A stretch of DNA of 64,000 nucleotides from Methanobacteriota archaeon. Lineage in GTDB: Archaea > Thermoplasmatota > E2 > DHVEG-1. Shown piece after piece: positions 48,646 to 59,302 of the stretch. Both the position numbers and the translations under genes were made by a program. The notes below the pieces were generated by a model. That model did no database searches, was not told the origin of the DNA, and worked only from the letters and a program-made list of their open reading frames with translations. Location of the stretch: contig JAPKYE010000023.1 of assembly GCA_026394495.1 (NCBI GenBank), positions 296-64,295 on the forward strand, given 5' to 3'. Position 1 is the stretch's first letter. Each line of letters starts with the position of its first letter.

Positions 48646-50052
48646 ATGAATATGAAGAAACACAGTATCGGAATGATCAGTTTTGTTGTCTTTCTATTTT
48701 TCATCATTCCTTCATCAGTTATGATTGTTCATGGGAACGAACAGAAACAAACTTCACTTCTTTATGATCTTATCATCATTTCCCCGGCAGAGTTTGCTTT
48801 TGGTCTGCAACCTCTTGTTAATCATAAAATCAATCATGGATTGACCACGAAACTGATGACTCTTGAGGATATCTACAGTACATATCCTGGTCGGGATCAG
48901 CCTGAACAAATCAAATACTTCATCCAACATGCAATCGAAACATGGAACACCCGCTACGTGCTGCTTGTCGGCGACATCAAAAAACTCCCCATCCGCACAA
49001 CGCAAGCATACCCGTGGCAGGGAGAAGACAATAGTATCCTTTCTGATCTCTATTACGCAGATATTTATGATGCCAACCATAGTTTCTGTAGTTGGGATGC
49101 AAACAATAACAGCATTTTCGGAGAGGTAAATTATACGCAAGGATCCCATGGTCCTCCAACACAGATGCAGGATCTCGATGGCGTCGATCTTTACCCTGAT
49201 GTCAATGTAGGTCGACTGGCGTGTTCCACACAAGAAGAAGTTCAAATCGTTGTCGATAAAATCATCACCTACGAGGAACAGACATATGATCAGACTTGGT
49301 TCAAAAAAATTATTCTTGCTGGTGGGGATACATTTCCTCTGAGTAAAGGAGGCAAACTATTTATCTATGAAGGAGAGATCACGAATACAAAAGTCGCTCA
49401 AGAACTCCCTGATTTCACCCATATTTTCTTATGGGCATCAAAATGGAACCTGAATGCATTTACGTTCAACCAAGCGATCAACAAAGGAGCTGGCTTTGTG
49501 AGCTACGCCGGCCATGGATTTGAGATGGGATGGGGAACATACAAACCAAATACAATCAGAAATAAATTAGGGCTCACGCAACCATTGTATTATACACCGT
49601 TCGTTAAACTTCTTCGTAATGATTACAAGCTCCCGGTGATGTTTTTTGATGCGTGTCTGACCGTGAAACTGGATTTTAACATCTCTGATCTCCACCGATA
49701 TTACACACCGATGGTCACGTTGTTGCTTGCCTTGACGAACACACAGTACGATATTTCAAAGTATTATCCCTGTTTTGCATGGAGTTTTGTGAAACAACAA
49801 GGGGGCGGGGCTATCGCGACGATCGGCGCAACTCGATCCGCTTACACCTCAGTAGATAAAGATGGCGTGTATGCAGGAGCCGGGTATCTGGATGTTCATT
49901 TCTTCAAAGCATATCATGAAGGAGTCACGGTTGGCGAGATGCTCACACAAGCACAAAACGATTATATCAACAATGTGGGAAAAGATTATTTCACCATCGA
50001 AGAGTTCATGCTCCTTGGTGATCCCAGCCTTCGAGTAGGCGGATACCCCTAA
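48646..50052 (+). CDS. secreted C25 (gingipain-like) cysteine peptidase, paralog 2
   Basis: Start taken at MNMKKHS because a GGAGGGGAG RBS lies upstream. Signal peptide. LIIISPAEFAFGLQPLVNHKINHGLTTKLMTLEDIY. Catalytic His in SYAGHGFE, Cys in MFFDACLT. Ends LLGDPSLRVGGYP. Confidence 0.7.
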   Translation: MNMKKHSIGMISFVVFLFFIIPSSVMIVHGNEQKQTSLLYDLIIISPAEFAFGLQPLVNHKINHGLTTKLMTLEDIYSTYPGRDQPEQIKYFIQHAIETWNTRYVLLVGDIKKLPIRTTQAYPWQGEDNSILSDLYYADIYDANHSFCSWDANNNSIFGEVNYTQGSHGPPTQMQDLDGVDLYPDVNVGRLACSTQEEVQIVVDKIITYEEQTYDQTWFKKIILAGGDTFPLSKGGKLFIYEGEITNTKVAQELPDFTHIFLWASKWNLNAFTFNQAINKGAGFVSYAGHGFEMGWGTYKPNTIRNKLGLTQPLYYTPFVKLLRNDYKLPVMFFDACLTVKLDFNISDLHRYYTPMVTLLLALTNTQYDISKYYPCFAWSFVKQQGGGAIATIGATRSAYTSVDKDGVYAGAGYLDVHFFKAYHEGVTVGEMLTQAQNDYINNVGKDYFTIEEFMLLGDPSLRVGGYP

Positions 50053-50376
50053 AATCTTCAAATATCAGGAGAATCGTGCATCATTTCCGCATGAGTTTCT
50101 TTCTCACACTTTGTACTCCTGTTGCAACAGAGAAGAAAAACAAGGGAAAATTATTTATTTCACTACTTGTTATATTTTTTGGGGGACAAACAGTATAATA
50201 GGGGAGGTTAACGTAGAATCATACGTAAAACCTGCTTTCCATTCTGAGGCATATTCCTCCTATCAGTGCATCCCGTCCCCCACCCTACAATATATAAAGA
50301 AAAAGTGGGAGTAGACTACAATTCTACTGAGAAAAAGATTGTGATTGAGAAAATAACTGAACCATGATTTTATCAT

Positions 50377-53300
50377 CTATTTAACAATCTGAGAAACAAT
50401 CTCACAAACATGCAATTGAATTTCGGCTACCATTTGAGTATCATCCCATGATGTCTCTGAGCCGCCCAGGATATGATCAAGAAGTTGCTTCACTATATCC
50501 TGGTATTTTGCGAAAAGATCATCATGTATCTGTCCTTTCAGTTCACCGCCAATTTCGTATTCAAGGCTCGCGACTGTTGCCATGATTTTCAGATAGTCTG
50601 CTGGGCTGGTATACACCTCTGCCGATAAAGCATCGTTAACGATCTGAATTACTTTCTCCGTAGTAGGAACCTTATACTGGTCGCCTAATATCTTGTAGAC
50701 ATCAGCTGTTTGTGTGAGGCTTTGCCAGAGGATATGATGCGGCAGAGAAATCGTTGCCTGGTTGTTGGTCTCATCAAATTCTTCAATCACGCTTGCGCTA
50801 TCAGCGACAACACAAATGGTTTGCATCTCAGGTTGAAGTCTCCGTAAGATTGTTGCTTCGGTGGATTCACCTACAGATAGTGATGATATCTCAACGGTGC
50901 CAAGAAGAATCGGACGAGTGTGAGAATCGTACAGTCCCCTATATCCATAAAATGACACCTGGAATGGTTTTGTGATACCTGCGGCTCCATTGTTTTTGAT
51001 AGTGGCGGTGACTTGCACGGATCTGTGAACGTCTTGATCTGGTGAAAGGGAGGTTGATACTTGGTCATCGAGGTATTTTAGTGATACGTTAGTAATGATC
51101 AGATCATGCAATAGTGGATCAGTGATGATGAAGTACGCCCAGTTATTAAATTCGTCTGACTCTTCAACAGCATGGGTGCTGTCAATATAGACATCTAGTT
51201 CTATCATACCAGGGACATAATCCCATTGTTTGGTTATGGTTATTGTTTCCCCTACTTGTAGATCAGAGACATCAATAGTTCCAATCCAGATTTCCACACC
51301 GCTGTAGAATGCCACTTGGAAAGGTGTCGTGATGTCTAGGGTTCCATTGTTTTTGATGGTTACCGTGAGATTTAATTGTGTCCCAGAACTTGGAGTCACG
51401 GTAAATGAGGTGATCATGAGATCTGGTATTTGTGGCTGTGGTCGTAGGGGATACAAGTCAACGTTATTTCCACCGGGGATCATGTATACATCAGGGTATC
51501 CTGGGTTGGATCCGAAATCATCCCAGAAGTTCCCCTCTTCTAATGTTGCATTGTACCAGATGTTATTGCATTCATCATACGCGTTTTGTGTGTTGTTCAC
51601 AAAGATGTTGTGGTAGATTTTATTGTTGTTAATAAGAGATGCATAATGTTGTATTTTGATACCTGTGATACGATTATCTTGTATCGTGTTTTCGTAGATA
51701 CTATTTTGAGATGAGCCATCCCATAGGGAGATGCCGTAGTTGCAGCGTGTGATGAGATTTTGGAAAAGTGTGTTGTTTATTGTTTCCAAGAGTATGATAC
51801 CATATCCGAAACCTTGAATATCCGAGATAATATTTCGGAAGATTGTTATGTGATCAGCGTTCCAGATATAGATACCAAAGTTGATATTATTTGTGATGAT
51901 ACAATCAGAGATTATTATGTCATCAGCAGAATAGATTATTATCCCATTGAGTCCATTTTTTATGGTAAATTGACGAATGATTATATCATTACAATCAGTG
52001 AGAGTAATAGTCGCATCCTGATATAGGCTGCTATCACCATCGATAATTGTTGTCTCTTTGTTTTCACCGATTAATATGACTGGTTTGTGGATGTTGAGAT
52101 TCTCATGATAGGTTCCATTCCGAACACTGATCGTATCTCCAGGGTCTGCATCATTGATCGCTGCTTGAATAGTGAGATAATAGGTATCATTATTGATGTT
52201 ATGGATCGAATCAATGATGGTTGCCCACGTAGTATTCGTTACTATGGTTCCTTGTAAGTCTAATACGGTAAGTGTGACTGTATAGATACCTCCTTGAGCA
52301 TATGAATAAGAAGCGTTCTGTGAAGATGAATAGGAATTATCTCCAAAGTCCCAATACCAGGTATAGGGTTTGATTCCACCAGTTGCATTTCCGGTAAAAA
52401 GGATAGGTTGTCTTACAGCACCGGTATACGGTCCATTCACGTTAACGAATAGGGGTGGTGCTGTAATGGTTGCTGTAGTAGTATTTGTTGCTATTGTTCC
52501 ATAAGAGTCTGTTACAGTAAGTGTGACTGTGTAGATGCTAGGTTGTGGATAACTGTGATAGGGATTTTGTTGATGTGAAACAGGTGTGTTATCACCGAAA
52601 TTCCAGGTCCATGAATATGAAGATGTACCACCTGTTGCATTTCCATAGAAATGGACATCTTGATTGATGATTCCAGTATATGGTCCATGAGCATCTGCAA
52701 CAAGAGTAGGAGCAATGTCTGCCCAAGTGGTAGTAGTTGCTGTTGTTCCTACCGCATCTGTTATAGTTAAAATTACAGTGTATATCCCAGGTTGTTGATA
52801 GCTGTATAAGATACTTTGTTCATATGAGTAATTACCATCGCCGAAATCCCAACAATACGTGTATGGTTTAAGTCCGCCGATTGCGTGTCCAATGAACTCT
52901 AGTGGTACATCTATAAATCCAGAATATGGTCCATTAGTTTGAGCTGTCAGTGGTCCTATTGTAATGGTTGCAGTGGTGGTATTTATTGCTGTTACTCCAC
53001 GAGAATCTGTTACAGATAACATGACCGTGTAAATACCGGCTTTTTGGTATCCGTGATAGCAGTACTGCTGAGTTTCTGCTGAGGTATTATCACCAAAATC
53101 CCAACAATACGTGTATGGTTTAAGTCCGTCACTTGCGTATCCAATGAACTCTAGTGGTACATCTATAAATCCAGAATATGGTCCATTAGTTAGAACTGTC
53201 AGCGGCCTTATTGTTATGGTTGCTGTAGTGATATTGAGTACTGTTGTTTCAATACGGTCTGTTACTGTTAGTGTTACGGTGTAGGTGCCAGTTTGAGTGT

Positions 53301-56300
53301 AGATGTGATAGGGAGTCTGTGAAGATGAATTAAAACCATCACCAAAATCCCAGAACCAGGTGTAAAGTTGGACTCCACCGGTTGCTGATCCCCTGAAATA
53401 TAATCGTTCATTTATAAATCCAGAATATGGTCCATGTGTATAAACCGTGACATTGTCAGATGGAACAACAGGGTTAAGCAAAGGATTCAAATCCACGTTA
53501 TTACCCCCTGGTATCTCATATGTTTCAGGGTATCCTGGATTCGTTTCAAAATCATCCCAGTAGTTCCCCTTTTCAAGTTCTGCACTGTACCACATATTTG
53601 TACATATATCATATACGTTTTGTGTGTTGTTGATAAAGTTATTGCAGAAAAATATATTATCATTACTGAAATTAGGAGAAATATTAATGGAGACACCGTA
53701 ATGTGTGTTGTCGATGACGTTATTATAGGAAAATATATTATTATTAGATTTCCTTAAAAAACCGAATAAACAACAGCCCACTCCATTGTTTGTGAGCAAG
53801 TTTTTGGAAATCGTACAGTTCCAACTTCCCCAAAGTGCGATCCCAACACAACTGAAGTCTTTGACGACACAGTCTACGATAGTTGCGTTATCAGAAAAAT
53901 AGGTCGCAATCCCAGAAGAACAACCATAAGGTCCATCATCGCTTTTAATAGTAAATCCACTCATCATGACTCCATTTGCGTTTTCAATTATAATTCCACC
54001 GTAATAATAGAAAGTACGATAACATCTAATGATTGTCGTGTCTTTATTTTCCCCGATTAAACGAAGAGACGAGCAATTTATATTAATGTTATTTTCATAT
54101 TCGGAAATGTATGTTCCACTTGATACAAAAATTGTATCTCCTTGTATTGAATTATTTAGTGCGTCTTGGATTGTTGGATATGGATGATCAACGGTACCAT
54201 CAAATGGAGACTGAGCATCATCATCAACGTAGATAGTAGCGGGTAATAACTCAGTCCCTAGTTCCGTTAGAGGGTATCGATCCTTACTATCACTTCCGCT
54301 GATATTATATGGATCATCATCTATTCCGTCATTTCCAGGTACATCCTGATTAGGTCCACTGAATTCATCGCTTACTATATTGTCAGACCACCAATTGCCA
54401 CCACAGATCCGAACTCCCTCATTATAGCCGTTATCCCAAATGTTATTAGTTCCATTGTCAAGTGCATTCTGCGTGTTATCAAATAAATTATGATAGATTT
54501 GGTTTCCAATATTTCCATCATCAATTAAAATACCTAGTTGATTATTGAAGATATTATTATTATTAATTGTGTTCACATTGGAATGATCAGTAATGATGAT
54601 GGCTCTTTTACTTCCGATTATTTGATTTTCGACAATACTACTATTTTCTGTGGACGAAAGATAGATACCTGCTTCGGTGTTTCCGAAGATACTTGTATTA
54701 GTGATACAAGTGTTTGATGTTGCTTCAATATATAGACCATACGTTCCATTTTTTAAGGTAAAACCAGCAACAGTAGTAGAATCAGTATTCATAATCTGGA
54801 TTATCTTACCACTAGATTCGGAACTTTCAATAACTGTTGTCTCTCTAGTCATTCCTATCAATAAGATGTTCTTGTTTATCAGAATATTTTCATAGTATAT
54901 CCCACATGGCGCGAAAATCTGATGGCCATCTACAGTGTCAGGATCATCAATCGCCTCTTGAATACTATGAAAACATTCGCTTGTGTTAATATTTTGAACA
55001 CCGACAACAATCATCTCTGTTTTTTCATTATCATTATAATAGTATTCTATTGCTCCAGTAATCGACACATTAACAGTTACGTTATATATCCCTATATCCT
55101 GTGGAGTCCATGTAAAACTTATCTGCTTCTCAGATAACTTTTCAAGTAGAGGAATCACAATAGAATCAACTGATGCGCCATTTATACGAAAATCAACTAA
55201 CGCATCTGTTACATCATTTAAACCATCATTACAAATAGTTACATTAACATGTATTGTTTCCGGAGATTGCAGATGATGTGAATAAATATCTAATGATTGC
55301 ACAAGGACATTAGTCATTTGCGATATATTTACTGCTGCATTGTTAGCATTAATTCTTCCACTCCCTAAAAGTCCTTCATATCCTGGATTAAGCATATCAA
55401 TATCATCAGCTGTTGATTTGATTATCTCTTTTACCTTCATGTTAGATAAATTGGGAGAAAGAGAACGAATAAGAGCAGCCAGACCTGCGACATGGGGACA
55501 CGCCATACTAGTTCCACTCGCCCGGTAATAGTTCCCACCTACTACATGTGCACCACCATCATCATACATATCGGTACCCGCTGCTCGGAGAGAAAGAACA
55601 TCAACACCAGGAGCACAGACAGTAATCTTTGTACCCCAATTTGAAAAAGATGCTTTGTTGTCTAAATAATTTGTTGCTGCAACTGCGATCACTTCATCCA
55701 TATTTGCAGGACAATAATATTGAACATCATCGTCATTATTACCAGCAGCAAACACAATCACACAACCAGCATCATGCGCATATTTGACAGCTGTTTCCAA
55801 CAGCGGTGCTGAAGGTCTCCGGAATCTAGGACCCCAGCTATTGCTTATCACATCTGCACCATTATCTACTGCCCAACACAACCCAGCAGCCATAACTTCA
55901 GAAAGTGCATTTGGAAATACTTTCACTGGCATGATCTTTGTTTGCCAATTAACACCAACAACACCAAGGCCGTTGTTTCCCATTGCAGCGATGGTTCCCG
56001 CGCAATGGGTTCCATGACCAAAATAATCAATAGGATCACCGTCAAGATCAGAAAAATCCGCGCCATAGATATTATCAACAAATCCATCATGGTCATCATC
56101 AATTCCATTGTCAGGAATTTCGTCCTCATTGATCCACATATTTGCAGTGATATCTGGATGGGTATAATCCACACCAGTATCAACTATAGCAACGACAACA
56201 TCACGAGACCCTGTACTAATATCCCATGAACCACTTGCATTTATCTTATGTATTCCCCAGAGGTCGGGGTAGCTCTGCCCCCAGCTTCCTGATGAATGAT

Positions 56301-56874
56301 AATAAGGGTCGTTTGGTTCAAGATAAAGAGTCATCATATAATTCGGTTGAGCATCTTCAACATCTGGAATGGCTTTCCATTTTAAAATCTCCTGGTTAAT
56401 GTCCGTACCCTTGTTAACAGTAATTTTAACCCAGCAATCAAGTCCATATTGATGTTTCTTTTCACTGTTTACATTTAATTCTGAAAATATCGGCTTAGCA
56501 GATAAAATATTTACAAAAGATGTATCCCCTCTAGTCACCTGTTGAATTTCTCTTAATATTTTATCTGAGTTAGATACATCGATACGATTCGGTTTAAACT
56601 TAATAAGAATGCTTGTAGGATCGTATTCTGAATTATCTTTTATCGTCTCACTATATGATAAATCTCTATTTTCTTTTTCAGAATACATTGAAAATGTATT
56701 AGAAACATCGTCTTTTTCTGCATTAATTAAGTTATTATAAGTATAACTCACCGACTTTTCGGAAATTTTATCATAATTATTCTTTTGAGTTATTATGGCA
56801 GATGAAAACGAAGTTGCACTAATTAATATACAGAGAACTAAGCTTATGATTTTTATTTTTACATGCATTTTCAT
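50377..56874 (-). CDS. giant secreted subtilase (S8) with beta-helix, PKD and CARDB domains (2165 aa)
   Basis: Signal peptide. S8 triad motifs VAIVDTGVD, HGTHCAGTIAA, SGTSMACPHVAGLAAL. Parallel beta-helix repeats (NN..NN..YGI). At least 5 PKD modules (PYTYCWDFGDG). A second beta-helix block. Two CARDB modules (ITSFTVTP...TIKNNG). Confidence 0.85.
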   Translation of the reverse strand: MKMHVKIKIISLVLCILISATSFSSAIITQKNNYDKISEKSVSYTYNNLINAEKDDVSNTFSMYSEKENRDLSYSETIKDNSEYDPTSILIKFKPNRIDVSNSDKILREIQQVTRGDTSFVNILSAKPIFSELNVNSEKKHQYGLDCWVKITVNKGTDINQEILKWKAIPDVEDAQPNYMMTLYLEPNDPYYHSSGSWGQSYPDLWGIHKINASGSWDISTGSRDVVVAIVDTGVDYTHPDITANMWINEDEIPDNGIDDDHDGFVDNIYGADFSDLDGDPIDYFGHGTHCAGTIAAMGNNGLGVVGVNWQTKIMPVKVFPNALSEVMAAGLCWAVDNGADVISNSWGPRFRRPSAPLLETAVKYAHDAGCVIVFAAGNNDDDVQYYCPANMDEVIAVAATNYLDNKASFSNWGTKITVCAPGVDVLSLRAAGTDMYDDGGAHVVGGNYYRASGTSMACPHVAGLAALIRSLSPNLSNMKVKEIIKSTADDIDMLNPGYEGLLGSGRINANNAAVNISQMTNVLVQSLDIYSHHLQSPETIHVNVTICNDGLNDVTDALVDFRINGASVDSIVIPLLEKLSEKQISFTWTPQDIGIYNVTVNVSITGAIEYYYNDNEKTEMIVVGVQNINTSECFHSIQEAIDDPDTVDGHQIFAPCGIYYENILINKNILLIGMTRETTVIESSESSGKIIQIMNTDSTTVAGFTLKNGTYGLYIEATSNTCITNTSIFGNTEAGIYLSSTENSSIVENQIIGSKRAIIITDHSNVNTINNNNIFNNQLGILIDDGNIGNQIYHNLFDNTQNALDNGTNNIWDNGYNEGVRICGGNWWSDNIVSDEFSGPNQDVPGNDGIDDDPYNISGSDSKDRYPLTELGTELLPATIYVDDDAQSPFDGTVDHPYPTIQDALNNSIQGDTIFVSSGTYISEYENNININCSSLRLIGENKDTTIIRCYRTFYYYGGIIIENANGVMMSGFTIKSDDGPYGCSSGIATYFSDNATIVDCVVKDFSCVGIALWGSWNCTISKNLLTNNGVGCCLFGFLRKSNNNIFSYNNVIDNTHYGVSINISPNFSNDNIFFCNNFINNTQNVYDICTNMWYSAELEKGNYWDDFETNPGYPETYEIPGGNNVDLNPLLNPVVPSDNVTVYTHGPYSGFINERLYFRGSATGGVQLYTWFWDFGDGFNSSSQTPYHIYTQTGTYTVTLTVTDRIETTVLNITTATITIRPLTVLTNGPYSGFIDVPLEFIGYASDGLKPYTYCWDFGDNTSAETQQYCYHGYQKAGIYTVMLSVTDSRGVTAINTTTATITIGPLTAQTNGPYSGFIDVPLEFIGHAIGGLKPYTYCWDFGDGNYSYEQSILYSYQQPGIYTVILTITDAVGTTATTTTWADIAPTLVADAHGPYTGIINQDVHFYGNATGGTSSYSWTWNFGDNTPVSHQQNPYHSYPQPSIYTVTLTVTDSYGTIATNTTTATITAPPLFVNVNGPYTGAVRQPILFTGNATGGIKPYTWYWDFGDNSYSSSQNASYSYAQGGIYTVTLTVLDLQGTIVTNTTWATIIDSIHNINNDTYYLTIQAAINDADPGDTISVRNGTYHENLNIHKPVILIGENKETTIIDGDSSLYQDATITLTDCNDIIIRQFTIKNGLNGIIIYSADDIIISDCIITNNINFGIYIWNADHITIFRNIISDIQGFGYGIILLETINNTLFQNLITRCNYGISLWDGSSQNSIYENTIQDNRITGIKIQHYASLINNNKIYHNIFVNNTQNAYDECNNIWYNATLEEGNFWDDFGSNPGYPDVYMIPGGNNVDLYPLRPQPQIPDLMITSFTVTPSSGTQLNLTVTIKNNGTLDITTPFQVAFYSGVEIWIGTIDVSDLQVGETITITKQWDYVPGMIELDVYIDSTHAVEESDEFNNWAYFIITDPLLHDLIITNVSLKYLDDQVSTSLSPDQDVHRSVQVTATIKNNGAAGITKPFQVSFYGYRGLYDSHTRPILLGTVEISSLSVGESTEATILRRLQPEMQTICVVADSASVIEEFDETNNQATISLPHHILWQSLTQTADVYKILGDQYKVPTTEKVIQIVNDALSAEVYTSPADYLKIMATVASLEYEIGGELKGQIHDDLFAKYQDIVKQLLDHILGGSETSWDDTQMVAEIQLHVCEIVSQIVK
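52847..53195 (-). repeat. near-identical tandem duplication of a PKD-module coding segment (about 100 bp copies 250 bp apart) inside the S8 gene
   Basis: aaatcccaacaatacgtgtatggtttaagtccg...aatgaactctagtggtacatctataaatccagaatatggtccattagtt occurs at about 52847-52945 and again at 53097-53195 with only a short internal mismatch block. Confidence 0.55.
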
Positions 56875-57126
56875 TTTTAATACCTCTTTTATTTTTTGTT
56901 GTTTGAGTACAATTCTAACAAATAGACAATATCTTTGTTCAAATCACTATAAAAATCATGTTGTACAACTGTTACCAATTTAAATGGAGAGAAAAACATG
57001 TTTTGTGTAATTATGTATCTCCACGTCAATAAAAGGTTAAAATCATATTCAACTTTCTTTTAAAAAAACTCTTTGATGAAAAAAGAGATTGTTGGGGTAA
57101 ATGATACCCCTGAAAATAGTTCTCGT

Positions 57127-57432
57127 TTAATCGAAGAGTGCGCCAAGACCAGCTGCAGCTTCTTCTTGAGAGACTTCTTCTTTCTTCTCTTCTTTTTTCT
57201 TCTCGCCTTTCTTATCTTCGGCAGATGCTCCAGCAGGTGCTGCAACAGCAACAGGAACTGCTGCATTTTTAATCACTTCATCGATGTTTACGCCTTCAAG
57301 TGACGCAGTAAGTGCTTTCACTCGAGAATCATCAACCTTTACACCGGCAGCAGTGAGCACTTTTTTCACATGTTCTTCTGTAATTTTCTGGCCCGCTGCA
57401 TTAAGGAGCATTGCGCTGTAGATGTATTCCAT
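57127..57432 (-). CDS. rpl12: ribosomal stalk protein P1 (aL12)
   Basis: [20 protein letters not shown]... Ala/Glu/Lys-rich hinge and C-terminal GLGALFD. Confidence 0.85.
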   Translation of the reverse strand: MEYIYSAMLLNAAGQKITEEHVKKVLTAAGVKVDDSRVKALTASLEGVNIDEVIKNAAVPVAVAAPAGASAEDKKGEKKKEEKKEEVSQEEAAAGLGALFD

Positions 57433-57445
57433 TTTCTTTTTCCTC

Positions 57446-58238
57446 CTATTTTTTTTCTGATACTGTTTTCTTTAAATCCTCATCTAATGAATCCTTTGAT
57501 GCTGATCCTGCAACCGACACCATCGCATGATGTGCTTTTGCAATAATATCTTTTGCAGTATCCTTAGTTACAATATCCCGCTCAACACCCAACACAAAAG
57601 CATTACGGTACGCTTTCTCAAGTAACGGCTGAATCGTTGATTTAGATATCCAACCAGATTCAAATGCAAGACCCAAGGCATTCAGATGCGCCCGCTGTAT
57701 TTTGCCCATGAACACATTTTGCAACATCCGCTGGGATCTTCTTACCTGCAGGAACAACAACTTTATCGGTTTTGATAACAACCTTTCCGTCTTGAATGGC
57801 GGCGGGGATACCTGCTTTTTGAAGTTCTCCTACAATCGGACCTGGTTTAAACGGCGTTTCCCCAGCATGTACCATAAGGTCAAACGCAAGGATTTCTCCA
57901 CCCTTCGCAGGAGCATTTGTCCGTGTTGCTTTAATCTGTGCAAAAAGCTTAAACGGATTCATATCTGTTGCAATAACTGCTGCCTGACCTTTTACATTAT
58001 CAGTCAGTTTCTCAAGACCTGGGATTTTCTTCCCAGTTTCCTCAAACGCCTTTATGATAAGCGTATTTCGCGCTGATCGAACAGTTGCAACCTGATTTAG
58101 ATTCTTCCGCATACGCTGCATCTGCGGACCAGGAATACCACCGATCTCCAGGATCCCAATAACTTTTTTTGTAGTAATAAGAGAGGTGATCTCTTCAACC
58201 TCCTTATATTTCCAATCTGATACATGTGCTGCAGTCAT
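57446..58238 (-). CDS. rpl10: ribosomal protein uL10 (P0), reading frame interrupted by a +1 frameshift near 57690-57725
   Basis: N-terminal 193 aa in one frame (57660-58238) ends ...[27 protein letters not shown]. The C-terminal 100 aa ([22 protein letters not shown]...) continues in the +1 frame (57446-57781). The break lies next to CAAAAT and GGGCAAAATAC homopolymer runs. Confidence 0.7.
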
Positions 58239-58249
58239 TTCATCACCCT

Positions 58250-58906
58250 TTAAAGTATCCGCTCCGCTGGCCCCATCGTTGTTTTCACGTACACGGAGCC
58301 GATGTTCAGTTTCCCTCGTTCAAGTTTTGTTTCTAATCGTTTGAGTATTGCTTCTATGTTTTCTGCGATATGGTTCACATCCATATCTTCTTTGCCTGCA
58401 ATGGTATGAAATGTTTTACTGCTCTTTGATCTAACTTTCACGGTTTTCCGAAGATTTTTTACGACAGGATTAATATCAATGGTTGGTGGAACGGGTTTTG
58501 GCATCTTTCCACGTGGACCAAGTATTGCACCAAGTGTTTTACCAATCGTCGGCATCAACGGTGCCTCTGCAATAAAAAAATCATGTGCGTTCACAATTTT
58601 CTTAAACTTCTTTTTATCTTTAGATAGTTCTTCGATGTCCTCTGGTTTAATCAACAGATCAACACTGTTTTTTGATTTCATCGCAAGCTCACCGCTTGCA
58701 AACAAAACAACTTTTGCCTCGTCTCCTCGTCCATGGGGAAGAACGATTTCTTCATCTACACGGTTTTTCGCATCGTTGAGATCAATATTTTTCAGATTAA
58801 TCACTACGTCAATGGTTTGTTTGAATTTTCGTTCCAGTTTCTTAGTTTCTTCTAATACTTTCTGGATTGCTTCAATAGTTTTTTTCTCCGCCATTGTAAT
58901 CCTCAA
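58250..58906 (-). CDS. rpl1: ribosomal protein uL1
   Basis: 218 aa; PRGKMPKPVPPT...GKLNIGSVYVKTTMGP. Confidence 0.9.
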   Translation of the reverse strand: MRITMAEKKTIEAIQKVLEETKKLERKFKQTIDVVINLKNIDLNDAKNRVDEEIVLPHGRGDEAKVVLFASGELAMKSKNSVDLLIKPEDIEELSKDKKKFKKIVNAHDFFIAEAPLMPTIGKTLGAILGPRGKMPKPVPPTIDINPVVKNLRKTVKVRSKSSKTFHTIAGKEDMDVNHIAENIEAILKRLETKLERGKLNIGSVYVKTTMGPAERIL

Positions 58907-59302
58907 TATGCTATGGTTTGTTTGCGATATTGGTTTTTCTCCTTTAGTATTGGAGAAATGTAGGTCACGGGAATAATAACCTTATTTATAAAAGTTTGGT
59001 TATCCGTCATCTTTTGACTCGTACGGTTGTCTGTGATGATTTTCATTTGGTTTATGCAGGTGCATATTCATATGGTTTCTCTCCTTATTTTTCAGGAGAA
59101 CATGTGGCGAAAAATACTTATACTCATTAGTATATTGCAGAGCTAGGCGGAGAGATGGGATTGCAAAGAATACAATAAAATTTTTTTCAGTACGGTGTTT
59201 TACACCTCCGCCGCCTCCCCCATATACTCTTTTCATGATGATGTGACGAATGATGGAATCACTAGTTTTAATAACAATAATTTGTTTATCGGGTTGATTC
59301 CA

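Noticed and set aside
57060-57115. Possible C/D-box sRNA (TGATGA ... ATGATA ... CTGA) downstream of the L12 gene
   Set aside because: The box spacing of about 36 nt is too short for a complete C-D'-C'-D unit, and no guide complementarity was evaluated.
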